Shown here one piece after another: positions 35,900-47,900 of a stretch of DNA of 64,000 nt (positions within the stretch are counted from its first letter, which is position 1; every line of letters begins with the position of its first letter). This stretch comes from Geosiphon pyriformis uo1 (lineage: Eukaryota > Fungi > Glomeromycota), in the NCBI GenBank assembly GCA_016748015.1, contig JAAOMT010000617.1, forward strand, positions 938,635-1,002,634, given 5' to 3'. The translations under genes and the position numbers were made by a program. Below the pieces are notes generated by a model, which did not search any database, was not told where the DNA came from, and saw only the letters and a program-made list of their open reading frames with translations.

Positions 35900-38243
35900 T
35901 TTTTTTTTATTATATTTTAATGAACGAGACCCAAATACTACCTAAACTATAATACCACAGAAGAGATTACATTATAGGTGTAAATCATGCATTTTCTACA
36001 TGTGATCAGACACTCGATCCAATCAAGGACTCACTATGCTAAATCAAAAGTAAGTGGAAATAATTCCAACCCATGAATTCTCTCAATGATACCATTCAGA
36101 TTCCTAGAGTCAAAAATAAACTCACTAAGAAACAATCTAGTAGACTCAATATTGCCTCTGGTTTCAGCACCAGACATATGCCACAAAGCAATAACACGCT
36201 CAATAGTGTCCTCACTTAAAAAAGAAGGCTTAGCAGCTAGCATATCATCATAATCCATATCACCAAAGTCAACCTCAGATCTAAGACAAGCAATGTCCTT
36301 GGAGACCCCAACCAAGAGATTAGAAAAATTGTTAGCAGCACTTTTCATAGAAATGAGATCCTTCTCGACCTGAACAGTCTTAGCAGCATTATCATCAAGA
36401 AGACGAGACACCAAAGCAACCAAAGAACCAACAGGCTTAACAATAGACTTAACCAGAGCAGCCAAATCCGAAATCTGCTTTTCCAAAGAGTCCAATCTAG
36501 AACCAACAGCAGGATCAACAACAGAAGCAGCCAAAGAAGCCACCAAAAGAGGAAACTCAGAAAGACCAGAAGAAGCAGCAGTCTTGGCATATAAAGCAGA
36601 ATTCACAAAATGAGACTTGAAAACCTTGGGAGTGGGGGGTGGGGAAATCTTGCAATCTATGGCCAGATGGCCCATTTCTTGACACCTAAAGCAGCGCCGG
36701 CAGCCAGGAGTTTCCCACCAGATACGGCATTTCCTTAGAGTACCAGTCTTGACTACAGCAGAATCCAAATCACCTTGAGAGCCAAATGTAACCAAAGCAA
36801 ACTGGAAATAACGACCAGAATCAGGAAAACGAGGGATGAAACATGTACGACCACCAATCTGAGAAATCATATCACTGATTTCAAAGGCAGTACAACCAGG
36901 GGGAAGGTTGACCAATTTGGCCTTAAACTTATCACAAGACAAAATAGTCTCATTTTGATTTATTAGAGGGAGAATTCTAACACTATCCTTGTCCACCAAG
37001 ACTGACCAATGCTTCAAGACAGACATAACAGAGTCCAATTTTTCAAAATAAACCACCACATACTGCCAAATGCCAGCAGGCTTCAGCACAACATGAGCGA
37101 CACTACCAAACACACTAAGAGTCAACTTAATGTCAGCAGCAGACACACCCAAAGGTACATCATGCAGCACAACAGCAGCAGAAGAAGAACCAAATTCAGA
37201 AACCACCAAAGACTTGGCAATTTTGAGAGTGGCCAAACGAACAGAGCTTGTAAGCTCAACCAGAAACGCAGCTTCCAAAGACTGTTGAGAAGCAAACTCT
37301 ACACAGAAAAGCTTTACATTGTCTTTTGAAACAGATTTGGCACCCAAAAAACCATGCACAGACTGAAAAACAGTCTTAACATAAGCCAATTTGGTCTTGA
37401 AAATAGCACCAGGCACCAGAGTGGAGGCCACCTACCCAGCAAATCTTTGATGACTAGTAATAGTTTTCCAAGCACCACCAAAAGTAACACCAGAAACTAG
37501 AGAAGGAGATAAATCAGTTTCCATTTAATCAGCCCAGTTCTCAAGAACAGGTGACCCAACAGGAGGAGATTGTTTTGCTTCTAAAACCAGCAATAATCTA
37601 CTGGAAAACACCACATTTAGCAACACAACCAGTGGTTGATCTTGGCCCATCTTAGATGATGTGCCAAATGATGCTACTGAGATCTCATCTAGGATCTCAT
37701 TGGGAACCACAAAGGGGTTCGGTGTAACAATAGCAGAGGCAAGCAACTGCCCCCACTTTTCTGAACTTTTGGTCTTTTTGACCATTTTTTTTGAAGAGGT
37801 GGTGCCAGAAGCACCAGATATTGAGTCTATAGAGGGGAAGACCAGCTTATTTACTGGTCTATTATTAAAAACTTTTGGGCTCTTAGTCAGGGTGGAGGCA
37901 ATACTGGAACTAATCCAAGTGTGTCTCTTTGAAAGAACTTTGACTGGTGAAAAACCAGCCAAAGATGGGGAAGTTGATTCAGTAGCTACCAAAGGCAGCT
38001 TTTCACGATTACTGGGTAAGAGGAAGGCTTCTAAAATGTTTTGCCTAGTTGCTTCTACAACAGAAAGAGCTTCTCTGGTTGAAATTTTATTAGATATCTT
38101 AGGACAGATATCAGATGCAGCCTTTTTACTCTTAGCTCTAGTTGTGGTCATAAAATTAAGGAGACAAAGAGTAATAGTTTTTTTTTCCTTTCAAAATATG
38201 ACTCTTTTTCAAGAATTTGGGATGAAGGAGAGAAAGAGTTTTT
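35900..38243 (-). mobile_element. ORF1-only non-autonomous non-LTR element (about 2.3 kb) with LINE-type 3' UTR and A-rich tail
   Basis: Single ORF1-like frame, no ORF2. 3' UTR (35920-36033) is homologous to the LINE 3' UTR; A-rich tail at 35900-35918; TSD copy AAACAGTATTTT at 38244-38255. Confidence 0.85.
36034..38151 (-). pseudogene. ORF1-like protein of about 705 aa (RRM-like repeats, CCHC knuckle, coiled coil) with two point stops
   Basis: LHDVPLGVSAADIK...GIWQYVVVYF, KLVNLPPGCTAFEI, CFRCQEMGHLAIDC, RLDSLEKQISDL. Stops at 37525 (CAA in copy 2) and 37432 (from TGG). Confidence 0.85.
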
Positions 38244-38979
38244 AAACAGTATTTTGGTATTTATGATAAAATTTTTAAATTAAAATTTGTTAATATTTGA
38301 CAATATATTATTGTTTATTTTAAGTGTTTTAATATAATTACAGCTATTTTAATATGTTAATTGGTTTTAATAAGCAAAAATAGTTAAAAGTTTTTTTTAT
38401 AAATTAAAAAAAATTACTTTTTTTTATAATATGTTTAAAACTAAATTAATCAATTTTTTTTGGTTGTTTAATCTTTAAAATTAATAAATTAATTTTTTAA
38501 GTTGGTAGTTGTGTTTATTTTATTTTTAATTTTTCTGATTTTATAAATAATTTTAATATATAATTGTTATTTTTGGTTTTAAAAATAATCTAAATACTAT
38601 TGTTATTAGAATTAATATTTTAAAAAAGTATTATATCTAATAAAAAATATTTAGTTAATAATATTTTTAATATTAAAATTTTAATCATTTGGCTTTAAAT
38701 TATAAAATTTTTTTTTCTTAGATTTTTGTTTTAATTTATTGCTTCAAAATTTTTAATTTGTATTTTGTTAAAATTAAATTTTATGATATAGTTTTTGTTT
38801 GTGTTTTATTAAATTCTTTTATTAATAGTTTTTAGTTACTATTATTAAAAATTTAATAAATTAAATCAAACTGAACTTTAAATATTGTTTAAATTTAATT
38901 TAAATTATAAACTAAACTTGAACCAAACCAAATTTTGATAAATTTATTATAGTTATATTATTAAACTTATCTTAAACAG

Positions 38980-39842
38980 TATTACAGGTGATTATTTGGG
39001 GTCTCAAAGCAAATAACAAACTTGTAACTTGGTGTTAATAGCTAATATAATTGTTATGATTTGAAGGTTTTGGTTGTTTGAAAGTTTTGGTTGTCTGAAG
39101 ATTTAAGTTGAGTTCTTTGTATAATGAACAAAGATTCAATAGTTGTTTTCAGTAGTTTCTTGGAATCACAATTCTGTCAATTTTTTTCTCAGCTTGGTGG
39201 CCGGCAATTTTTTAATAAGCAATTCATATTTCTTACATGTTTTACTCACTTGTAGAGGTCTTTTACCAGACAATCTTTAATGTCAATAACTTAGTACTTT
39301 AATTTTTAATTAATTAATTAAACAACAAAAAATAACAAAAATAAAAGAAAATAAAATAAAAGAAAGAAAGAAATAAGTCAAGACAATGAATGTTAATATT
39401 CTGTTAATAGTCATTATTAAAAGCTATTGTTCCAATGTAGTTAAGTATCAGTTATTATCAATATAAAGTGTTGATAGTAGAAAGTGAATTAAGATAACAA
39501 ATAATTATTTATTGATATTTGTGAACTAGAAGATTGCTTAAATAAAATCTAAACTGAAAGGTCTGTCTTTTTTACTTCTAATGCTACTATTATATATACA
39601 TAATTGAGATTTCTTAATTCCTTAATTCTTTATATCAGAAATCCTAAAATTCCTGGAATCCTGTAATTTTTTTGAGAGAAATTTTAGAATTCTGGAATCT
39701 TGCAATTTCTTATACAAGAATCTTAAAATTTCTGGAATTTTGTAATTCCTTTGAGAGAAATCCTGGAATTCCACATTTACTACATCCACTTTTGATTGGC
39801 TAATTTATATACTAATATATTTTTTATATTCTATAAATAACA
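38980..39842 (-). repeat. Element C 3' LTR
   Basis: Matches 49462-50317. Confidence 0.92.
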
Positions 39843-39856
39843 TTATTTCTTTTTTT

Positions 39857-40476
39857 TAATATTGAGCTCTGTCAAGATCTCTGAACTCTCCTAATTCTCT
39901 TTTCTTGATTATTTTTTGAACTTCTTTTTCAAGAATTACTTGTGTTATTTTGGTCTGTAATTTTTTAAATTGGGTATTTATTTAATTAGTAGTAACTGTA
40001 TTCATTACTGTATTGAATAGTACTTTTGGTTGGTCTTGAAATCTGGCATATAATCAATAGATGGCTTTTGCTTGTATTGTTAAATTGTTCTTTCCCACAA
40101 ATTGTTCAAGTTATTATAATATTCTTGAATTGAATAATCACTTTGTCTTATCTATATATAAGTTCTGGATATTCAAATATTGTCCCAAGTGAAAATAACA
40201 AAAGTTTTTTGGAAATTGTTGTATCTACCAATTCTATGTTTCTATCATTATCTCTTGATATGGTACACCTTCTGTTTGTATTTTTATTGCTGTTTTTACT
40301 TTTGTTATTATTTTGTCAATGGTGTTTTCTGGTTTTCTTTGTTCTCTGTTTTGAGATCTCTTCTTTGTATTTTTATATCAAATAATTTGTTGGTTAATGG
40401 TAATTTCTATATTTTGTTGTTGAATCAGTTAGAAGAGTTGTTGTGTCAGTATGTGTATATCATTAGTAATTTCCAT
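39857..40476 (-). pseudogene. Element C accessory ORF3 remnant
   Basis: MEITNDIHILTQQLF*LIQQQNIEITINQQII ... LLFSLGTIF ... QAKAIY*LYARF ... TQFKKL, homologous to ORF3 of B and A. Confidence 0.65.
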
Positions 40477-40529
40477 TTTTCTGGTATCTTTTGTCACATA
40501 TACTGTGTTTTTATATACTCCTTTGGTTT

Positions 40530-41901
40530 GTTCAATTTAACATGTTTGGTTTAATAATTATGATTGGTTTCAGATCTCATAGAATTTTATCTAATTGGAT
40601 TAGTATTCATTGTATTTTCAGTTGTGGAATATTATTGGTGGATAATAATACTATATGGTAATATGGTTTCAGTCGATCACTATGTGCTGTTTTGGTTAAG
40701 ATTTTATTGTCTCATCTTAATTTATAAACTCTATTTCCAAGAATTTTTTCTATGTGAAATGGTTTGTCCTATTTGGGATCAAATTTTTTACTCCATTGTT
40801 TTTCTACTTTGGTATGATATAAAAATACTTTGTCTCCAATCTTAAATTCGACTGGTTTGTCTGGTAGTTGGTTATTATGTCTTTTTTTTTGTTTTTTTTG
40901 TAACTTTTGGATGTTATCAGCTGCTTTTTGTCATTTGTTTTCTAGTGTTTCTATTAAATCATATGTTTTTTTCAACAATATTTCTTGGAAATTTTTTTTT
41001 GTTATTGGTTTTGTTGAATATGCGTTAACTTTTATTTTAACTGGTAGTATTGCTGTTCTACAATATACTAATTTAAATAGTGTTGCTTGTGTAGTGTCTT
41101 GTTTTATTGTCCAATAAGCAAATAATACTAATAGTATAAACAAATCTTATTTGTCTTGATTTTTTTGGCTGATTTTGGCAATTGTTTTACACAATGTTCT
41201 ATTGAATCTTTTAACTAAGTCATTGGTTTGTGGATAATATGGTAATAATAATGGTCTTTTGATTTCAAATCTTTGACTTAATTTTGCTAATGTTCTATTC
41301 ACAAAGTAAGTTTTTTGGTTGGATAGTAATTCTTTTAACAAATCAAACCTTGATGAATGAATTTGGCAATAAATTCTGCATCTGTTCTTTGAATTGCTTT
41401 TGCTTCTGGCCATTTTGTGAGATAGTTCATAGCTACTGTAATGTATCTGTTATCTCTGCTGATGATTATTAGTGATCCAACTAAATCAATTCTAATTCAA
41501 TCAAATGGTTGCCTTACTTTGATTGGTCTCAATAGTTCATTGGGTCTTGTTTTTTCTCTTCTCTGACAAGCATCACAATTTTGAACATATTAGATAATGT
41601 TTGGATATATAGATGGCCAGTAATATCTTTTTTTGGTTCTTTCTATTGTTGCTTCTTTATAAAAATGTCCTGCTGTTGGGTCTGAATGTATATTGAATAA
41701 TATTGTCTCTTTCTCTGATTCTGTAATTACTCTGGTTAGTTGATTTGGATTCTTTCTGTTTTTTTGATAAAGTATATTTTGGTGAGTAATAAAATATTTA
41801 TATTGTTGTTTGATATAGCTTTGTTTTTTTGGAGATAATTTCTTCTTAAACTGCTGGGTATTAATATAGTGTTGAAATTGTTGATATTTTTGTATATTTA
41901 T
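40530..41901 (-). pseudogene. Element C integrase remnant
   Basis: HSDPTAGHF...CDACQ, YYPQTNDLVKRFNRTL, C-terminal DLKPIIII. Confidence 0.8.
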
Positions 41902-41931
41902 TTTTTTTTATATTTTTGGGTTAAAATGTTC

Positions 41932-44900
41932 TTAGATTTGTCTTATTCACAACAAACCATTGGCATTTTCGTTTTCTTTTCTCTTTTTGTAATATACTGT
42001 ATAATTAAATAGTGAAAGTTTTATTTTCTATCTAGCATGGCAATTATTTCTAAATTTTTGCTTTTGGATTGAAGTCAATTCTTTATAATCAGTATATACA
42101 TCAAACTTTTAACTCAAGTATTCTTTCTATTTTATAATTGTCCAGTAAATGGCTAAGTGTTTTAATGCTGAAGTTCCATAGTTCTTTTCAGTTGGACTTA
42201 AGTTTCTGCTAGCATAAGCTATTGGATGTTCTTATCTATCCAGTTTTTTTTGAGATAGTACAGCTCTTAATACTTAACCAGATACATCAGTGGTAATAAT
42301 AAATGGTTTGTTGTAATTTGGATAAATTAATACTGGAATTTGAATAAGTTTTCTTCTCAGTGTGTCAAAAGCTTTTTGTTAAGTTTCAGTCTATTCATAT
42401 TTGGTGTTTTTTATTTGGAGTTGGTGTAATGGTTGAGCTATTTTGAAAAAGTCTTTGATGAAATAGCAGTAATATTCAGCAAATCTCAAGAATGTTCTTA
42501 ATTCTGTGAGATTATTTGGTACTGAAAAGTTCTTAATAATCTCAATCTTATCTGGATCTGTTTTAATATTGTTTTTGCTTACAACATATCCCAAAAATTT
42601 TAATTCCGTTTTGCCAAAGAAGCATTTGGTGGTATTCAACTTTAATCTGGCTCTTCTTAGTCTTCCAAATACTTGTTAGAGATAGTGTAAATGATCATTA
42701 AATGTTTTGGAAAACACATTGGTATTATCTAAGTAAACAACTACTGATTTCTACAGTAGTCCAGTATAGACAATTTCCATGAGCTATTGAAATATGGCTG
42801 GTGCATTCATTAAGTCAAAAGACATAATTTCAAATTTGAAATTTCTTTTTCATGTTGTAAAAGCTGTTTTCTCCTTATCTTTTGGTTTCATGGCTACTTG
42901 CTAGTAATTACTGTCTAAGTCTAAAGTTGAGAACCATTTCTTTCCTTTAAAAGTGTCAAAAAGTTTTTGGATTTTTGGAGTCAGGTAGCTATCTCTTTTT
43001 GTTACTTCATTCAGTTTCCAATAATCCACATAAAAGCAGATTTTCCTATTTTTCTTACAGATTAGTACTATAGATGACAATCATGAACTCATTAATGGTT
43101 GGATTAACCCATTGTCTAATATCCAGTTAATTTCTTGTCAGATGATTTCATGGCTTGCTAGTAGTATTTAGTATGTTCTTTGTTTAATTGGCATTGTATC
43201 TCCAGTTTTGATCTGATGTTGAATAATATCAGTTCTGCCAAATTTGTTCTTGCTGGCAAAAATGTCATTAAAGTTGTTTAGTAACATCATAAACTGCATA
43301 TGTTGTAATGGATCTAAATTTTCTAAGTTTATCTGTTTCAATTGTTCTGGTTAGAGCAAATAACATTCTTCTTATTTATATATTATTTGTGATGTGATAT
43401 CTACATATTCACACAGTTGTGGAAAGTCAGGAATGAGGTTTGGTGATTGTTTTTCAACTTCAGTGCTTAAATATTCTATAGTAGTTCTTTTTGGTATCTC
43501 AAAAACATCTTTTGTTGTATTGTAGATAAGAATTTTAATATGTTTCAGGCTTTTGACTGGTATGTAAAGATTGGTAAGTCCAATCTTTTCTGATTTACAC
43601 ATAGTAGTTTCTGCTTTAAAAATCTGAGCTTGATTCTTTACTCTTCTTTCTATAGCTAACATGTACTGGTTATATGATGAAATGGAAATTAATTGACAGG
43701 TGAAAATAATTTCTTCCTTGTCAATAAATTTTTTTTTTGTCATATTAACTGATACATCTATTCTATTTATAGATTCAAATCCATTAATCTCTCTTGCTGT
43801 TATTCCTAATTCTTCTCTTTTTTTTACTGACACTAATTGAGCTATTTTAACCAGAGGCAAAAATATTGTCTGTGCTATCTTTTTATTTGGCTCTATGATA
43901 TAGGTTTTTTCTGAGTCATTTTGTAGCATTGCAATAATATTTTCTATATATTCTGTATCAATTATTTCTCTTCTGATATTGATTTTTTTTTTTGCTAAAC
44001 TACTCCTAGATGCTAATTGAACCATTGTTGTTGCTGAGATTTCTAGTGCTATTTTGAAATCAATATAGGTGTACAAATGTGGTTTTAATTTTATGACTTC
44101 TTTTCTTGAATATCTTAGATCAAATCCTGCATCAGTATCATGTGTGCATTTGGGCATAATACCTTCATTATTATTGTTGAACCATTTAAGTTTCTGTTTC
44201 TTAGAAAGATCAGAAAGTGCAATATATTGTTTTGGGTTTGAATCAGAGTCTGAACTATTGTTATCTTTATTGCCATTTTGGACAGAGCTGGAATCATTAT
44301 TTTCATTGTCATTATTGTCAGAGTTTGAATTGGAATTGAACTGTGATTCCAATTCTATTTTGCAGCTGCTGATTGGTTCTTCTTTCTCTGAAATCATGTA
44401 GATCATGCGTGGTGGTGGATTGTAAATGAGATCACATTTATTACAATATTGGAAGTCACATAAAATTAAACAGTAATCATATAGTCAAGTATTGATTTCT
44501 TTCAAGCATTGTTTTTGCTTTTTTTTTGTAAATGCTAATTCTTGGTAGTGTTTGTGGAATTGTTTTGGGTCTATAGAATCTAAGACAATATCTGAATTTG
44601 GGTCCCAATTGAGTTCTATGGGTTCTGATGGGTTGTTTTTAATCACCCTTATTTCTTTTGGTGACACTTCTTTGATCTTGGTGAGTGCCATGTACCATAT
44701 TTTGTTATTATCATGTGGACAATTGTCTAGCTATTTGACTGTTCTCCTTCAGACAGCTTCTATAGGAGTCTTTTTTCTCACTCAATTACTGATTAGAATC
44801 ATGTATTGGCATAATTCATTACAAGTTCCTTCTCATCCAGGAATGTTATTCCATATTTCTTCATCCAACAAAGTCTTTTCACATGCAAAGCATGGTTCAT

Positions 44901-47900
44901 TATTCCATTTTTTTTGTTTTTTTGGTTAACCAAACCATTTAATAATACAAAGATAACAATAGAATTTTGTTGCTGTTGGGTATTTTTTATTATCACTATA
45001 GCATGCACCTATTAATAACAATTTTTTATTACAATCAATGCATTTCAGTTTCAATTAGCAATAATTAGACAGTTGTGATATGATATAAATATATAATATA
45101 TAAGTTGTAATGATTGCTAGTGCTGGCTCTTTTTTTTCTTTCCCTTTTGAAGTTCTTTTCACTTTCAAATTGGTGTCAGCTCATTCTGATTGTTACTAGT
45201 CCACAATAGTTAATTATTATTTCAGATAAGTTTTTCTTTTTGCTTTCTCTTTCTTTTATTGTCTTATAAAGATATGAGTAATAGTTTATTGTATTTGTCA
45301 TTGGCCCATGAAACTTGGTAGACTTTTCAGATAGATTTTTTTTTTCAAGCTTGATTAGTGGTGCTAGAGTATAAGTGGTCTTGAAATAATCACATATGAC
45401 AGGTACATATGTGTGTTGTCTATTTTGACTGAGTTGGAGCTTTTGTGTAATTTAATTAAACACTGCATTGGTTTTGGACAACCAGTCATTGCTGACAAAT
45501 ACTTGGTATTAAGTGGCTTTTATTACTAAGACTTTAATGAGAATGATGATGTCATTAATTTCAAATGAAAAGTCATTAATTTTGCCTATAGAAGTTTTGG
45601 TTGCTCTATCAGCTGTAATAATTCTGGTGCTGGCTGTGCAATTAACTTGGTGACCTAATTGGTTCATGAGTTGTTATGTGATGATGCTGTCTGCTGATTC
45701 ACTATCAAAAATCAGTTTGATAGATTGACCATCAACTTTGGTATTTGTATACATTGTGGTGATGGGTTTCATATCAAGGATAGTTTTACTAAAAAGAAAT
45801 ACTTTGGTTGGTTTTTCGATCTCAAAGGGAAAAATTGTTGCTAATAATTTGTTATTGGTAATAGTTGCTGGTGGAATGTTGTTGGTACTTGGTTTTGGGT
45901 TGATTTACAAATTGTTGGATGAGATTTCTTCTGGGATAGCCAGGAGACTTAAATAGTTCTGAGAACTTGAGTTTTGAGTGTACCTAGATCCCAAATTTCT
46001 TAGACATAATCCTGAGGGTTGTTGGAATGTGTTAAGGATTAGTTAATGAATAATTATCACCAATTTTTAGTTTTGTTGGATGGTTCTCAGCCTTTAATTT
46101 CTATTGGGCACAGTCATTTGTGATGGTGCTTGAATGAGTTAAGGTTAATAAATTAATTGTGGCTGCAGTAGTTGATATATTATGAGTATTGCTAGTTGAT
46201 ATATTGAAGATACATATATTGGTTATTGCATTATTTGGGTGTAATTAAGTTAATACTAATCTTGATTTGGGTAATAACTCGGGGTTTGAAACCTGCAATT
46301 AAGGTTTTGGTATTGATTTTCTGATCATGAATTATTGCTATAAACTTAGCAGTTAGCTCTAATATAACTTTGTTTACCACAATTGTAGCAAACATACATC
46401 TCTGATTGCCAAAATTGATTGGTCACTAATAATAGTTGTGCCTAATTTTGGAAATGATTTGAGTTTCCTGAATTATTGCATTGTTGTAGAGGTTGATAAA
46501 TGACTTAATTGTTAGCTAAATATTTCACTAATTTCTAATTGATTGAATCACTGAACTGCTTCAATTTGGAATTCAGGTCAGATGATCTATTTATTACTAG
46601 ATTCATGGCTTGGGTGTGGTTGATTTCTAATTCAGCTGCTTCAAAATTTTGGATGTAAATAACTGCTGCTTGAAGATCTGCTGAGTGTAATAGACATATG
46701 CATTAAAAAATGCTACTGTGCAAATCTTTAATGAATTGATTTAAAATTTGTGGCACTGTAAAATAATTAGCTTGTATTGTCTAGATTTGGTGCACATTCT
46801 TGTGAAAGCATCCTAGGTAAGTAGTAGTTGCTTCAGTTTTTCCTTGCTTAATGGTAGTAAAAATATTGGTTAGATAATTAATACTATTATTGTTGCTAAA
46901 ATATTGTAGAAACTCAAGCTTGAATGCATTAAAATCTTGAGGTTTGTTGGCCAAGCTTTGATACCACAAGTCAGCAGTATTTTAAAAAAAGTATGGGATA
47001 GTTTAGAGTGCTCTAGTGTCGTTCTATCTATTGGCTGCAATGGCTTTTTTAATATTGTTTAACCATACTTGTGTATTATCTTCTTTGCCAGTAAATTTTT
47101 CAATTTTGGTGATTGGTACATAGGTCATTGGTTGTTATTGTAATAGTTGTTGAAGTGGTTGTTGTGGTTGTTGTTAAGGTAATACTTGCAGCTATTGAAT
47201 TGGTTCAACAATCAGTTCAATTAGTGACTGATTAATCATGATTACTGAAGGTAAGTGTTGCTGATTAATAATGTTGAGGTTTAGATTGTTCTGATTTTCT
47301 TGAGTTTAAATATTCAGGATTTGATTTTCTGGGTTTTTTAGAATTGGGTTTTGGTAATTAAATTCCTGATCCTTGGTTTCTTCCTCTTCTGATTTTGTCA
47401 CTTCCCAAGGACTTGCAGTTCCAAAATCTGGTTGAAGTGGTAGTAATTGAAATCCTGATGATATTGGTGATTATGATTTAAATTCTTCAAAATAATTGCT
47501 GTAGGTTTCTAATAATTCTGTTTTCTTTTGTTTACTTTGAAATAGGAGTTAAACTAATAATGGTTTTGTATTTGAGGTGGATATGCTTGGTGATAAAATA
47601 TTGATGGCACTTCTGGATGTATAGTGGTATGATAGATTGGTTGGAAATTCTATTCTTGTTTTCTTTTAAGTAAATGGTTGTATTCTTTGAGGTGTTATTG
47701 CTAGTGTTTGTAGTTTTCTTTTGTCTTTGTTTGTGTAAGTAATTGGATATCTTTGTTGAGTGTAATGTTTAATTTCTTTATTAATTTCAGTGAGGATTGC
47801 TGGGAAATTATAATTTGCTGGTAGACTGGTATTTTAAATTAATTCATTGTAAAAATTTTCTCTTGTGAAGTCGGTTTCTACTGGTACTCTTAGCAAATAT

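Noticed and set aside
37661-38245. Antisense ORFs over the ORF1-only element (also 62157-62717) and over the LINE/LTR coding regions
   Set aside because: Shadow frames of biased codon usage with no recognisable motifs or consistent starts
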